Positions 46,183 to 56,647 of a DNA stretch of 64,000 nt are shown here, in pieces. Under the pieces are notes generated by a model, which saw only the letters and a list, made by a program, of their open reading frames with translations, did no database searches and had not been told where the DNA came from. The position numbers were made by a program, and so were the translations under genes. The first letter of the stretch is position 1. Every line of letters starts with the position of its first letter. Where the stretch lies: assembly GCA_963721345.1 (NCBI GenBank), contig CAVRIT010000002.1:16885-80884 (forward strand), written 5' to 3'. This DNA is from an uncultured Actinomycetes bacterium. Lineage in GTDB: Bacteria; Actinomycetota; Thermoleophilia; Gaiellales; Gaiellaceae.

Positions 46183-47151
46183 ATGTCCAGGCGAACCCGT
46201 CTCATCGTCGTGGTCGCGATCGCCCTGGCGGCGGCGCTCGGAGTCGCAGCGGGAGCGGCACTCGTGGGGCGTGGAGACGGGGAGGACCGGCGCCAGAAGG
46301 GCGTGCCGCCGTTCGTCGTCGACCTCGGCGTTCGGACCGACCCCGAGGCGCAGGCGCTCCGGCGTGCCGCCAAGGCGTTTGCCGATCGCGATCGTCCCCG
46401 TGCGGCGCGAATCCTGCGCGACCGCCGGTCGCTGCAGGCGCAGGTCGGCGCCGCACTCGCGACCTGGCCCGCGGGAAGCAGGGGCCGGCTCGAGCAGCTC
46501 GCCGTCGAGCATCCCGGGAGCGGGGCGGTGCTCTTCCATCTCGGGCTCGCGAGGTTCTGGGACGGGGATGCCGATCGCGCTGTCGAGGCCTGGCGCGCGG
46601 CACGAACGCGAGATCCCGACACCGCGTACGCGGTCCGCGCATCCGACCTGCTCTTTCGGAACTTCGCGCCGGGTCTGCCGACGTTCGTCCCCAGCTTTCG
46701 CGCCGACCCGCGCCTGAGGACGCTCTCCGCGCCGAAGCAGCTGGCCGTCCTCGAGCGCCGTGCCCGTGGTCGCGACGCGCGCGCCAAGCTCCTGTACGGG
46801 CTCGCGCTGCAGCGGACCCAGCGTCCCGTGTCGGCCCGGCGTCAGTACGCGGCGGCCGCTCGGCTCGCGCCGAACGACCTCGAGGCTCTCGTCGCCGACG
46901 CCGTCGGCCGGTTCGACAAGGAGCGTCCCCAAGCGGCGTTCTCGCGCCTCGGGCCGCTCTCGCGGCGCTATCCCCGCGCGGCGACGGTTCGCTTCCACCT
47001 CGGCGTGCTGCTTCTGTGGCTGGGACAGGTCCCAGATGCCCGTCGCCAGCTCGGTCTGGCGGCCCAAGCGCGCGAATCGTCGCTGGCAAGGGAAGCAACC
47101 GCCCTCCTCGACCGTCTAGAAGGCGTACGAATGAAGCGAAACCCGCAATGA
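46183..47151 (+). CDS. Membrane-anchored TPR-like hypothetical protein
   Basis: N-terminal TM LIVVVAIALAAALGVAAGAAL, then helical-repeat sequence (VLFHLGLARFWDGDADRAVEAWRAA ... FHLGVLLLWLGQVPDARRQL). Confidence 0.6.
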   Translation: MSRRTRLIVVVAIALAAALGVAAGAALVGRGDGEDRRQKGVPPFVVDLGVRTDPEAQALRRAAKAFADRDRPRAARILRDRRSLQAQVGAALATWPAGSRGRLEQLAVEHPGSGAVLFHLGLARFWDGDADRAVEAWRAARTRDPDTAYAVRASDLLFRNFAPGLPTFVPSFRADPRLRTLSAPKQLAVLERRARGRDARAKLLYGLALQRTQRPVSARRQYAAAARLAPNDLEALVADAVGRFDKERPQAAFSRLGPLSRRYPRAATVRFHLGVLLLWLGQVPDARRQLGLAAQARESSLAREATALLDRLEGVRMKRNPQ

Positions 47152-47288
47152 AAGATAGGACTTTCCGACCCGAAAGATGGGCCAGTTGGCCTATGGCGGC
47201 CGGAGAACATCACTGGAAGACTCCAGCAGGTAAGGAGAACGTTAAGAGGGGTTCGTAAGCCGAATTTCAAGGGGAACGAGGGGGATCG

Positions 47289-48350
47289 GTGGAGCGAGAG
47301 GGAGCTGTGAGGGACGTGGCGCCGGAGGGCGTGCTCGAGACGCTGATCGCGAGCGCGCAGGAAAGCGGCAAGCTGGCCACAGAGGACGTGACCGTCGCGC
47401 TCGAGGAGCTCGAGCTCGACGCGGGCCAGATCGACGAGTTCTACAGCAAGCTCGACGAGCTTCAGATCGAGGTCGTAGACGCAGGTGGGGACGATGACGA
47501 TCTGGATGCAACCGTCGACGAGCGGGAGGTCTCGACCGAGGCCCTCCAGCTCTTTCTCAAAGACATCGGCAAGGTGGACCTGCTCACCGCGGCGCAGGAG
47601 ATCGAGCTTGCGAAGCGGATCGAGCGCGGCGACCACCGCGCGAAGCAGGAGATGGTCGAGGCCAACCTCCGCCTCGTCGTCTCGATCGCGAAGCGCTACC
47701 GCAACCAGGGCCTGCCGTTCCTCGATCTGATCCAGGAGGGGACGATCGGGCTGGTTCGCGCGGCCGAGAAGTTCGACCACCGCAAGGGCTTCAAGTTCTC
47801 CACGTATGCGACCTGGTGGATTCGCCAGGCTGTCGCGCGGGCGCTCGCCGACAAGGCGCGGACGATCCGCATGCCCGTCCACGTCGTCGAGAAGCTGAAC
47901 AAGATCATGCGCACGGAGCGGAAGCTGCGCGCCGAGCGCGGCCGGGAGCCGAGCTCGGGCGAGATCGCCGGCGAGCTGGAGCTCACGATCGACGAGGTCG
48001 ACCAGATCCGCCGGAGCGCGCAGACACCGGTGTCGCTCGAGAAGCCCGTCGGCGACGACGAGGAGTCGGAGTTCGGGCACTTCATCACCGACGAACTGGC
48101 GCCGCTGCCGGACGAGCTCGCCGAGGACGTGTTGCGGCGGGAGGCCCTCACGAAGATCCTCGGGACGCTGTCCGAGCGGGAGCGCCGCGTGCTCGAGCTT
48201 CGGTACGGCCTGAACGGCGAGCAGCCCCGGACGTTGGACGAGGTGGGCCGGACGTTCCAGGTCACGCGCGAGCGGATCCGCCAGATCGAGAACCAGTCGC
48301 TCAAGAAGCTTCGCGCGCTGGGCGATTCACAAAAACTTCGAGTGGCCTAG
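47289..48350 (+). CDS. sigA: Primary-type RNA polymerase sigma factor (group 1/2 sigma-70)
   Basis: Regions 1.2-4.2: [96 protein letters not shown]. Confidence 0.93.
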   Translation: MEREGAVRDVAPEGVLETLIASAQESGKLATEDVTVALEELELDAGQIDEFYSKLDELQIEVVDAGGDDDDLDATVDEREVSTEALQLFLKDIGKVDLLTAAQEIELAKRIERGDHRAKQEMVEANLRLVVSIAKRYRNQGLPFLDLIQEGTIGLVRAAEKFDHRKGFKFSTYATWWIRQAVARALADKARTIRMPVHVVEKLNKIMRTERKLRAERGREPSSGEIAGELELTIDEVDQIRRSAQTPVSLEKPVGDDEESEFGHFITDELAPLPDELAEDVLRREALTKILGTLSERERRVLELRYGLNGEQPRTLDEVGRTFQVTRERIRQIENQSLKKLRALGDSQKLRVA

Positions 48351-48405
48351 GCCCTAGGCGTCGACTAGGCGACGCCGCCAGAGAGGACATGCTGGCTTTG
48401 CCAGC

Positions 48406-48810
48406 GTGTCCGATTACGCTTCTGCCGTGAGGCGCATCTGGCTCGTTGTCGCCGTGCTCGGGCTCGCGCTGTGCGTACAGGGTGCCGCCGCGCAGCCGGA
48501 GGGGCCGCGGTGCCGCTCGCTGACGATCCTCCGGCTGAAGGGCGTCATCTACTTCCACCACCGGCTGAAGGTCGTCGACCGGCCGGTTCGCGGCGCCCGT
48601 CGGGGGATCGGCATGGAGCGGGCGTGCGACGATACGCCCGATCCAGGCGAACCGCCTCCGTGGTTCCCGACGGCGGTTTACGCGCTCGACGGAATCAGCC
48701 CCTCGATGGCCGTTGCTCCGGCCCGCCGGCAGGTCGTCTTCTACGACATCTACCGGTGCACGCCGCGGTTCGGCGAGGCGCGCTTCCTGCGGTGCCTGCG
48801 GCGGCGCTAG
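48406..48810 (+). CDS. Secreted Cys-containing hypothetical protein
   Basis: Signal peptide IWLVVAVLGLALCVQGAAA. No recognisable domain. Confidence 0.5.
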   Translation: MSDYASAVRRIWLVVAVLGLALCVQGAAAQPEGPRCRSLTILRLKGVIYFHHRLKVVDRPVRGARRGIGMERACDDTPDPGEPPPWFPTAVYALDGISPSMAVAPARRQVVFYDIYRCTPRFGEARFLRCLRRR

Positions 48811-50132
48811 ACCCGGCCTGGCTGGAGGAGCTCTCCGAGTTCCTCCGGATCGAGAGCGTCAGCGCCGACCCTGAGCGCGCGGGCGACGTTCGGCGGGCCG
48901 CCGAGTGGGTCGCGGAGTACGTGCGGCGTGCGGGCGGCGAGGCGGAGCTCGTCGAGACGGAGACGTTTCCGCTCGTGGTCGGGGAGGTGCGAGCCTCCGG
49001 TGGCGGGGAGGCGCCCACGGTGCTCTGCTACGGCCACTTCGACGTCCAGCCGGAGGCGCCGCTCGACAAGTGGGAGTCCCCGCCGTTCGAGCTGACGGTG
49101 CGCGACGACTGGCTCTACGCGCGCGGCATAGCCGACGACAAGGGACAGCTGTACGCGCTGCTCAAGGCGGCCGAGCTGCTCGCGGCGGCCGGAGAGCTCC
49201 CGGTCAACGTTCGGTTCGTCTGCGACGGCGAGGAGGAGACCGGCGGGCACCAGGTCGTGGACTTCATCGCGGCGGACGAGCGGGGTGCGGACGCGGCGAT
49301 CGTCTTCGACAGCGCAATGCTGCGGCGCGGCGCGCCGGTGTTCCACGTCGCTACCCGCGGGCTCGTCTACTTCCACGTCTCGGTCAGGACGGGCGAGCGG
49401 GACCTCCACTCGGGCATCTTCGGCGGTGCGGCGCTCAATGCTGCCCAGGCGCTGATGCAGACGCTCTCGGCGGTCGTGCCGATGGAGGGCGAGCTCGTGC
49501 GCGACGAGCTCCGCGTGGGCGTCGCGCCGGTGTCGGAGGAGGAGCTTGCCGCCTGGCGCGAGCTCGCGCCGGGCTCGGAGGTGCTGGCGCAGAGTGGCGG
49601 CAGGCCGGCGGGCGAGCGCGGCGACGAGGCGTTCTACGTGCGTACATGGGCGGAGCCCGCCGTCGACGTCAACGGGATCTCGGGCGGCGAGCCGCACCTC
49701 CAGAAGACGGTCCTTCCCGTGGCTGCCGAGGCGAACGTCTCGATTCGGCTCGCGCCGGGACAGGATCCCGACGAGATCGCACTCGTGTTCGAGCGGCTGC
49801 TGCGCGAAGCGGCGCCGGACGGCGCCGACGTGGACGTGACCCGCTGGTCGAGCGCGAGACCGGCGCTGATCCCGCCGGACTCAACGGCGATCCAGCTCGG
49901 GCTCGACGCCTTCGAACGGGTGATCGGCACTCGTCCGCTGCTGATCCGCGTCGGCGGGACGCTGCCGATCGTCCCGGCTCTCGCGGACAAGGAGATCCCC
50001 ATGGTGCTGACCGGCTTCGACCTCCCCGAGGGGAACATCCACTCGCCGAACGAGCGCCTGCTCGTGGAGCACATCCCGCTCGCAGTCGACGCGGCGAAGG
50101 AGCTCTTCCGGGCCTTCGCGAACCTCCGCTAG
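48792..50132 (+). CDS. M20-family dipeptidase/peptidase
   Basis: YGHFDVQP ... RGIADDKGQ ... DGEEETGG ... NIHSPNE. Start assigned to GTG at 48792; the upstream part of the track ORF is out-of-frame overlap. Confidence 0.85.
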   Translation: MPAAALDPAWLEELSEFLRIESVSADPERAGDVRRAAEWVAEYVRRAGGEAELVETETFPLVVGEVRASGGGEAPTVLCYGHFDVQPEAPLDKWESPPFELTVRDDWLYARGIADDKGQLYALLKAAELLAAAGELPVNVRFVCDGEEETGGHQVVDFIAADERGADAAIVFDSAMLRRGAPVFHVATRGLVYFHVSVRTGERDLHSGIFGGAALNAAQALMQTLSAVVPMEGELVRDELRVGVAPVSEEELAAWRELAPGSEVLAQSGGRPAGERGDEAFYVRTWAEPAVDVNGISGGEPHLQKTVLPVAAEANVSIRLAPGQDPDEIALVFERLLREAAPDGADVDVTRWSSARPALIPPDSTAIQLGLDAFERVIGTRPLLIRVGGTLPIVPALADKEIPMVLTGFDLPEGNIHSPNERLLVEHIPLAVDAAKELFRAFANLR

Positions 50133-50144
50133 CGCCAGGCCTGG

Positions 50145-51680
50145 TCAGTCCCACGGCGGCGGGCTGTGCGTCCAGCGGCCGCCGACCATCGTGGCCACGA
50201 CCCGAACGTCCGGTAGCTCCTCCGCCGGGATCGCGAGAGGGTCGCGGTCGAGGACGACCAGGTCGGCGAGGTAGCCCGGGACGAGCTTCCCGCGGCGGTG
50301 CTCGTCGTAGGCGAGCCATGCGGGGTTGACGCAGGTCGCGATCAGCGCCTCGTCGACTCGGAGCGCCTGCTCCGGGTGCCAGGCGGGCCGGTCGTCGATC
50401 GTCCGCAGCACCCCCGCGACGATTCCGGCGAGCGGATCGAGCTCCTCGATCGGAGCGTCGGACCCGTTCGCCACGAGCGCGCCCGAGTCCCACAGCGACC
50501 GGAACGCGTACGCCCCGCCCGTCTTGTCCGCCCAGAAGCGGTCGGCGAGGTCGCGGTCCGACGGTGCATGGCTGAACTGGACGGACGCGGCGACGCCGAG
50601 GGCTCCGAAGCGTCCGATGTCCTCGGGCGCCAGGAGCTGCGCGTGCTCGATCCGCTGGCGAAGGCCCAACGGTGCCCAGACGTCCCGCGTCTCTTCGAAC
50701 GCGTCCAGCGCCTCGCGATTCGCCAGGTCGCCGATCGCGTGCACGCCGACCGGCCAGCCCGCCGCCGCGCCGCGCCGAATGATCTCGGCGAGCTCCTCCC
50801 GGCTCGTGATCTGGACGCCGGTTCCGTCGAGCATCCGCGCCGTCTGCGAACCGAGCGTCCCGTCCATGAACGCCTTCAGGTAGCCGACGCGGAGCATCGA
50901 GCCGCCGAACCCGCTCCGCAGCCCGAGCTCCGACAGCCGATCGAGGTGGTCGTACGGCACGGACTGCCAAACGCGGAGCGAAAGCGCTCCCTCCGCGTCG
51001 AGGGTCTGCCACATTCGCAGCGCGCCGATCCAGCCGTCCTTGTCGTGGACGGCCGTCACGCCGCGCGCCGCCGCCACCCGCAGCCCCTCGCGCATCGCCG
51101 CGACGTACTCCTCGTCCGAGACCTCGATCCAGCGGTCCCGGAAGCGCCAGCACGCCTCTTCGCGCAGGACGCCGGTCGGCTCGCCGTGTTCGTCCCGTTC
51201 GACGACTCCGCCCGGTACCTCGAGATCGCCGTTCGCCCGGGCGAGCGCCGCGGAGTTCAGCCAGAGCGAGTGGGAGTCCTGCGCCAGCAGCGCCACGGGC
51301 ACATCACCGACGACTGCGTCCAGCGCCTCCTTCGTCGGCTCCTCGGGCCACTCGCCGCTGCGCCAGCCGCGACCTCTCAGCCATCGGCCCGGCCCTACCG
51401 ACGCCAGGCCTTCTCGCACGCGCGCCAGCGCTTCCTCCAGCGACGCGGTTCCCTCGAGCCGCACCTCGTCGCGGGCGAGCGCCCAGGTCGGGAAGTGCGT
51501 GTGGGAGTCCGTGAACCCGGGCACGACGCAGCGGCCGCCGAGATCGACCCGCTCGGGCCCCGGCAAAGCCGTCTCGTGCGTCCCGACGCCGCCCGCCACG
51601 CGATCCCCGGCGATTGCGAGTGCCGAGGCGGTGGGTAGGGAAGCATCCAGCGTACGAACGACGCCGCGTTCGAGGATCAT
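50145..51680 (-). CDS. Amidohydrolase-3 family metal-dependent hydrolase
   Basis: MILERGVVRTL ... GRCVVPGFTDSHTHF ... VHAIGD ... IEHAQL ... GSDAP. Confidence 0.85.
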   Translation of the reverse strand: MILERGVVRTLDASLPTASALAIAGDRVAGGVGTHETALPGPERVDLGGRCVVPGFTDSHTHFPTWALARDEVRLEGTASLEEALARVREGLASVGPGRWLRGRGWRSGEWPEEPTKEALDAVVGDVPVALLAQDSHSLWLNSAALARANGDLEVPGGVVERDEHGEPTGVLREEACWRFRDRWIEVSDEEYVAAMREGLRVAAARGVTAVHDKDGWIGALRMWQTLDAEGALSLRVWQSVPYDHLDRLSELGLRSGFGGSMLRVGYLKAFMDGTLGSQTARMLDGTGVQITSREELAEIIRRGAAAGWPVGVHAIGDLANREALDAFEETRDVWAPLGLRQRIEHAQLLAPEDIGRFGALGVAASVQFSHAPSDRDLADRFWADKTGGAYAFRSLWDSGALVANGSDAPIEELDPLAGIVAGVLRTIDDRPAWHPEQALRVDEALIATCVNPAWLAYDEHRRGKLVPGYLADLVVLDRDPLAIPAEELPDVRVVATMVGGRWTHSPPPWD

Positions 51681-51707
51681 GCGGCCGAATCTAACGAGAG
51701 GAGCGCC

Positions 51708-52073
51708 ATGCCCATCGACCACACCGCCATGAACGTCACCGATCTCGAGCGCAGCAAGGCGTTCTACACCGCGGCGCTGGAGCCGCTCGGGTACTCGCTC
51801 ATGTTCGAGGTCGGTGAGTTCGCCGGCTTCGGCGACAGCCAGATGCCAAGCCTCGGCGTCGTCCAGCGGGAGCCCGCGGGAGGAGGCCACGTCGCGCTCT
51901 CCGCCGCCGATCACGCGACTGTCGACGCGTTCCACGAGGCGGCGCTCGCAGCAGGCGGGACGGACAACGGCGAGCCCGGCCTCCGCGAGCATTACCACCC
52001 GACCTACTACGCCGCGTTCGTCAAGGATCTCGACGGCAACAACATCGAGGCCGTCTGCCACAGGCCCCAATGA
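51708..52073 (+). CDS. VOC/glyoxalase family protein
   Basis: IDHTAMNVTDLERSKAFYTAALEPLGY ... YYAAFVKDLDGNNIEAV. Confidence 0.85.
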   Translation: MPIDHTAMNVTDLERSKAFYTAALEPLGYSLMFEVGEFAGFGDSQMPSLGVVQREPAGGGHVALSAADHATVDAFHEAALAAGGTDNGEPGLREHYHPTYYAAFVKDLDGNNIEAVCHRPQ

Positions 52074-53581
52074 GCCTCGGAGGGCCGTCCTTCTGGATCG
52101 AGACGACGCCGGAGACCGACTACCCGTCGCTGACCGGCGAAGTCGCCGTGGACGTCGCCGTCGTGGGCGCGGGGATCACCGGCGTGACCGCGGCGGCGCT
52201 GCTGAAGCGCGAGGGCAAGACCGTGGCGCTGCTCGACTCGAGGCGCATCGTCCAGGGCGCCACGGGCTACACGACGGCGAAGGTGACGGTCGGTCACGGC
52301 GCGGTCTACTCGAAGATCCGCAAGGCGATCGGCGAAGAGGGCGTCCGCGTCTACGCCGAGTCGAACCAGGCGGCTCTCGATCGCATCGCGCAGTTCGTCC
52401 ACGAGGACGGGATCGACTGCGACTTCGAGCGCAGATCGAACTACGTCTACGCCGAGTCGGAGGACGAGGTGGCGCAGCTGCGCCAGGAGGCCGAGGTTGA
52501 GCGCAAGGCCGGTCTCCCCGTCGAGCTCGTGGACGACACGCCGCTGCCGTACTCCGTGTCCGCGGCGCTACGGCTCGACGACCAGGCGCAGTTCCACCCG
52601 CGCAAGTACCTGCTCGCCCTCGCCGCGACCATCCCCGGCGACGGAAGCCACGTCTTCGAGAACTCGGTCGTCCACGACGTCGAGGGCGGCGAGCCGTGCG
52701 AGGTCCGAACCGACCAGGGAACGGTGCGCGCGAAGGACGTCGTCCTCGCGACGCACCTCCCGATCCTCGATCGCGGCCTCTTCTTCGCGAAGGCGTACCC
52801 ACACCGCAGCTACGCGGTCGCCGCGCCTCTCGGCCAGGCGCCGGATCCCGACGGCATGTACATCAACAGCGGGACGCCGACCCGGTCGATTCGGACGCTC
52901 CGCGACAACGGCCGCGTCTTCATCCAGGTGGGCGGGAACGGACACAAGACCGGGGAGGAGGACGAGACCCCCGCCCGCTACGACCAGCTGGAGCAATTCC
53001 TCCGCCGGCACTGGCCGGACGCGGGAGAGGTGCGCTACCGCTGGTCGACGCAGGACTACATGCCCCACGACCACGTGCCGTACATCGGCCGGCTCACGCG
53101 GCGGTCGGAGCACGTCTACACGGCGACCGGCTACCAGAAGTGGGGCATGACGAACGGGACGGTCGCCGCGATGATCTTCTCGGACACGATCCTCGGCCGC
53201 AGCAATCCGTGGGCGGAGCTCTACGACGCAAACCGGCTCGTGCGCCGGGCGGGGCTCTCGAGCTTCCTCAAGGAGAACATGTCCGCCGGAGTCCACTTCG
53301 TCGTCGACCGACTCTCGCGGGCCGACCGGGCTGCGGTCGACGAGCTGAAGCCGGGCGATGGGGCGCTGATCCGGATTCGCGGCCGCAAGACGGCCGTCCA
53401 CCGCGACGACGGCGGGACGCTCCACGCGCTGTCGCCGGTCTGCACGCACCTGTACTGCCTCGTGGACTGGAATCCGGCGGAGCGGAGCTGGGACTGCCCG
53501 TGCCACGGGTCGCGCTATGCGGGCGACGGCCGGGTGATCCAGGGGCCGGCGACGAAGGATCTGAAGCGCCGGGAGCTTTGA
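52070..53581 (+). CDS. FAD-dependent oxidoreductase fused to a C-terminal Rieske [2Fe-2S] domain
   Basis: DVAVVGAGITGVTAAALL (GxGxxG). C-terminal CTHLYC ... CPCHGSRY. Confidence 0.88.
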   Translation: MSLGGPSFWIETTPETDYPSLTGEVAVDVAVVGAGITGVTAAALLKREGKTVALLDSRRIVQGATGYTTAKVTVGHGAVYSKIRKAIGEEGVRVYAESNQAALDRIAQFVHEDGIDCDFERRSNYVYAESEDEVAQLRQEAEVERKAGLPVELVDDTPLPYSVSAALRLDDQAQFHPRKYLLALAATIPGDGSHVFENSVVHDVEGGEPCEVRTDQGTVRAKDVVLATHLPILDRGLFFAKAYPHRSYAVAAPLGQAPDPDGMYINSGTPTRSIRTLRDNGRVFIQVGGNGHKTGEEDETPARYDQLEQFLRRHWPDAGEVRYRWSTQDYMPHDHVPYIGRLTRRSEHVYTATGYQKWGMTNGTVAAMIFSDTILGRSNPWAELYDANRLVRRAGLSSFLKENMSAGVHFVVDRLSRADRAAVDELKPGDGALIRIRGRKTAVHRDDGGTLHALSPVCTHLYCLVDWNPAERSWDCPCHGSRYAGDGRVIQGPATKDLKRREL

Positions 53582-53599
53582 CGCGCCTAGGATTCGAGC

Positions 53600-54781
53600 G
53601 TGCCTGTTGATCCGCTGAGCGAGGAGCAGCGCGAGGTCCGCGACCTGATCCGCGAGCTCGCGCGCGAGCGGATCGCGCCGCGCGCCGCGGAGATCGACAA
53701 GAGCTCGGAGTTTCCGTGGGACGTCGTCGAGCTCTTCCGGGAGCACGGAATCTTCGGCGTGATGTACGACGAGGAGTACGGCGGCCTAGGCGCGAGCGCC
53801 TTGATGACGCTCGTGGCGGTCGAGGAGGTCTCGAAGGTCTGCGCGACGAGCGGGCTGATCCTCGCCGTCCAGGAGCTGGGCAGCCTCGGCGTGAAGCTCG
53901 CGGGCAGCGACGAGCAGAAAGACCGCTACCTGCCGAAGCTCGCGTCTGGCGAGTGGCTGGCGGCGTACGCGCTCACCGAGCCCGGCTCGGGCTCCGACTC
54001 CGCGGCGATGCGCTCCGAGGCACGGCGCGACGGCGACGAGTACGTCGTCAACGGAGGGAAGCGCTTCATCACGAACGCCGGCGTCGCCCACCTCTACACG
54101 GTCTTCGCGAAGACCGACCCGACGGGCGGGCATGACGGCATCTCCGCCTTCCTCGTCGAGGCCACCTCGCCGGGGTTCGAGGTGGGGCGGATCGAGCCGA
54201 AGATGGGGATCAAGGGCTCGACGACGGGCGAGATCTTCTTCAACGACATGCGGGTCCCCGCCGACAACCTGCTCGGCGAGGAGGGCGACGGCTTCAGGAT
54301 CGCGATGCGCATCCTCGATCGCTCACGCCCCGGCATCGGGGCGCAGGGTCTCGGCCTCGCGCAGGGCGCCACCGACTACGCGCTCGAGTACGCGAAGGAC
54401 CGCGAGACGATGGGGAAGCCGATCGGCCAGCATCAGATGATCTCGGCGATGCTCGCCGACATGGAGACGAAGTGCGAGGCCGCGCGCGGGCTTCTCTACA
54501 AGTGCGGCCAGCTGATCGACGAAGGCGCCGAGGGCACCGAGCTGACGAAGATCAGCGCGATGGCGAAGCTGTACTGCTCGGACGTCGCGATGGACGTCAC
54601 CACCGACGCCGTCCAGATACTCGGCGGGTACGGCTACATGCAGGAGTACCCGCTCGAGCGGATGATGCGAGACGCGAAGATCACCCAGCTCTACGAAGGG
54701 ACGAACCAGATCCAGCGGCTCGTGATCGCGCGGGAGATGCTCAAGGAGAACCGCGCGTTCCTTCTGGCGGGGGTTGGCTAA
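53600..54781 (+). CDS. Acyl-CoA dehydrogenase
   Basis: YALTEPGSGSD ... GGKRFITN ... GGYGYMQEYPLERMMRDAKITQLYEGTNQIQR. Confidence 0.92.
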   Translation: MPVDPLSEEQREVRDLIRELARERIAPRAAEIDKSSEFPWDVVELFREHGIFGVMYDEEYGGLGASALMTLVAVEEVSKVCATSGLILAVQELGSLGVKLAGSDEQKDRYLPKLASGEWLAAYALTEPGSGSDSAAMRSEARRDGDEYVVNGGKRFITNAGVAHLYTVFAKTDPTGGHDGISAFLVEATSPGFEVGRIEPKMGIKGSTTGEIFFNDMRVPADNLLGEEGDGFRIAMRILDRSRPGIGAQGLGLAQGATDYALEYAKDRETMGKPIGQHQMISAMLADMETKCEAARGLLYKCGQLIDEGAEGTELTKISAMAKLYCSDVAMDVTTDAVQILGGYGYMQEYPLERMMRDAKITQLYEGTNQIQRLVIAREMLKENRAFLLAGVG

Positions 54782-55704
54782 GGCCGAGGAGCTGCGCGTC
54801 GGCCGGCGGCTCGTCCGGCTGACGAGCGGCGACCGCGTCCTCTTCCCCGGTGACGGCGTCACCAAAGGCGACCTCGCCGAGTACTACGTCGAGATCGCGC
54901 CGGCGCTGATTCCGCATCTGCGCAACCGGCCGTTCACGCTGAAGCGCTACCCGCACGGGATCCGGGAGACGCCGTACTTCCAGAAGCAGGCGCCGAAGGG
55001 GTTCCCGGAGTGGATCCCGACGCGCCAGTTTCAGACCTGGCCGCGCGAAGGGGAGCCCCGGCTCGTCGACTTCGTGCTCGTGAACGAGCCGGCGGCGCTC
55101 GCGTGGGCGGTGCAGGTGAACTGCATCGACATGAACGCGTGGTACTCCCGGGTCGACCGGCACGAGCGCCCGGACTACGTCGTCTTCGACCTCGACCCGC
55201 CGGCTTCGCGCAACGGCTTCGCGCAGGCGATCCGCGTAGCCCACCTCGTGCGCGAGGCGCTGGAGCGGCTCGAGCTTCGTTCGTACGTGAAGACGAGCGG
55301 CGCGGACGGGATCCACGTGCTCGTTCCGATTGCCCGCCGGTCGTCGTTCCCGGAGACGTACGAGCTCGCCGAGCGCGTCTCGCGCGGGCTGGAGCAGGAG
55401 CACCCCGGCCTCGTCACCACGGAATGGCTGATCAAGAAGCGGCGCGGAGTGCTCGTCGACCACCGGCAGAACGGCCACGGGAAGACGATCGCCTCCGCGT
55501 ACTCGGTCCGGCCGAAGCCGGGAGCGCCGGTTTCGACCCCGCTGCGGTGGGAGGAGCTCGGCGAGAAGGTGCGGCCGCGCGATTTCGGCAGGCGGGAGGC
55601 GCTGGAGCGGCGTCGAGCGACACGGCGATCTCTTCGAAGCGACGCTCCGCGGCGGCCAGTCGCTCGGGCCGGCGCTCCGGACGCTGCGAGCTAGCGAGTC
55701 TTGA
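54774..55704 (+). pseudogene. Stand-alone LigD-type NHEJ polymerase/primase domain (PolDom), C-terminus displaced by a 1-nt insertion near 55608-55612
   Basis: KRYPHG ... YFQKQAP ... VVFDLDP ... VKTSGADGIHVLVP ... VDHRQNGHGKT. After ...ALER the homologous tail VERHGDLFEATLRGG... continues in the +1 frame to TGA at 55702-55704. Length is 931 nt (3n+1). Confidence 0.8.
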
Positions 55705-56647
55705 CGACTTCGAACGCCGAGCCCGGAACGCGGTGCAGCGTGTGCAGCTGCTCGTTCGACCAGCGCGGGTCGGGGGCGCCGCTGATGTACCAGTCCGAGC
55801 CGTTGTCGGCGACGAGCATCCCGTAGCGCTTGAGCGCCTCGAGGACGACGCGAGCCTGTCGCGGGAAGCCGCGCGTCGGGTAGCTCGCCTTCAGTCGCAG
55901 GCGGAGGCCCATCGGTGGGAGATTCGCGTCGTTCGAGTCGCTCGCGTAGTGGCGGGCCGGATGGACGTATGCCCGGCGAGACCGGCGCACCGTGAACCGC
56001 AGCGCGTGGTCGATCGTGCCCCGCGCCACCTCGTCGTAGCGCGCGAGCCCGGGGAGGATGGGGAGTCCGGCAGCGTCCGCCGAGGTCCAGCCGGCGGGCC
56101 TGAGCCGGTTCGAGCGCAGGTTCCAGATCGCGCCGGAGCCGGCACGCCAGCCGCCGCCCGCCGTCGGGTACAGCGCGAAGAGCTCGTACAGCCGGCAGGC
56201 GTCGCGGTCGACGATCAGCGCATGGCGGTCGCCGTCGGACTGGCGGCCGCCTTCGATCTTGACGTTGCTCGGGATCGGGTACGGCCCGCGGTCGCTCTCG
56301 TCGGCGTACTCGAAGGACACGCGCGAGCGCTTCTGGCCCCGGCCGACGACGGTGATCGGAATCCCGATCGGCCCGCCCTCCCAGAGGCCCGAGCCGAAGT
56401 CCGCGTGGACGTGGTCGTCGACCCCGATCGAGGCGACGATCGCGTCGGAGTTCGCCGCGACGGGCAGGCGGTCGACGCGCTGGTTCCACGGGCTCGTCTT
56501 CGGGAAGACGGGGCAGCGCGGCGCGCCGGGATGGCGCAGCGCGTCGGCGGAGCCGCCGCCGAACAGCAGCGCGAATCCGATCACGGCGACGAGGGCGGCC
56601 CTCACGTGGACACCATCGGCGCCGCTCTTTAGGCGCTCAACCCTCAT
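55691..56647 (-). CDS. Secreted conserved hypothetical protein
   Basis: Signal-like AALVAVIGFALLFGGGSADA and high GC3. The ATG lies within the last codons of the Nudix gene. No motif that I can name. Confidence 0.6.
   Translation of the reverse strand: MRVERLKSGADGVHVRAALVAVIGFALLFGGGSADALRHPGAPRCPVFPKTSPWNQRVDRLPVAANSDAIVASIGVDDHVHADFGSGLWEGGPIGIPITVVGRGQKRSRVSFEYADESDRGPYPIPSNVKIEGGRQSDGDRHALIVDRDACRLYELFALYPTAGGGWRAGSGAIWNLRSNRLRPAGWTSADAAGLPILPGLARYDEVARGTIDHALRFTVRRSRRAYVHPARHYASDSNDANLPPMGLRLRLKASYPTRGFPRQARVVLEALKRYGMLVADNGSDWYISGAPDPRWSNEQLHTLHRVPGSAFEVVKTR

Noticed and set aside
47152-47288. The lower-GC stretch upstream of the primary sigma factor gene as a possible foreign insertion.
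   Set aside because: It is only about 140 nt and lies where an AT-richer promoter/5' UTR is expected. It has no flanking repeats and no mobile-element genes.
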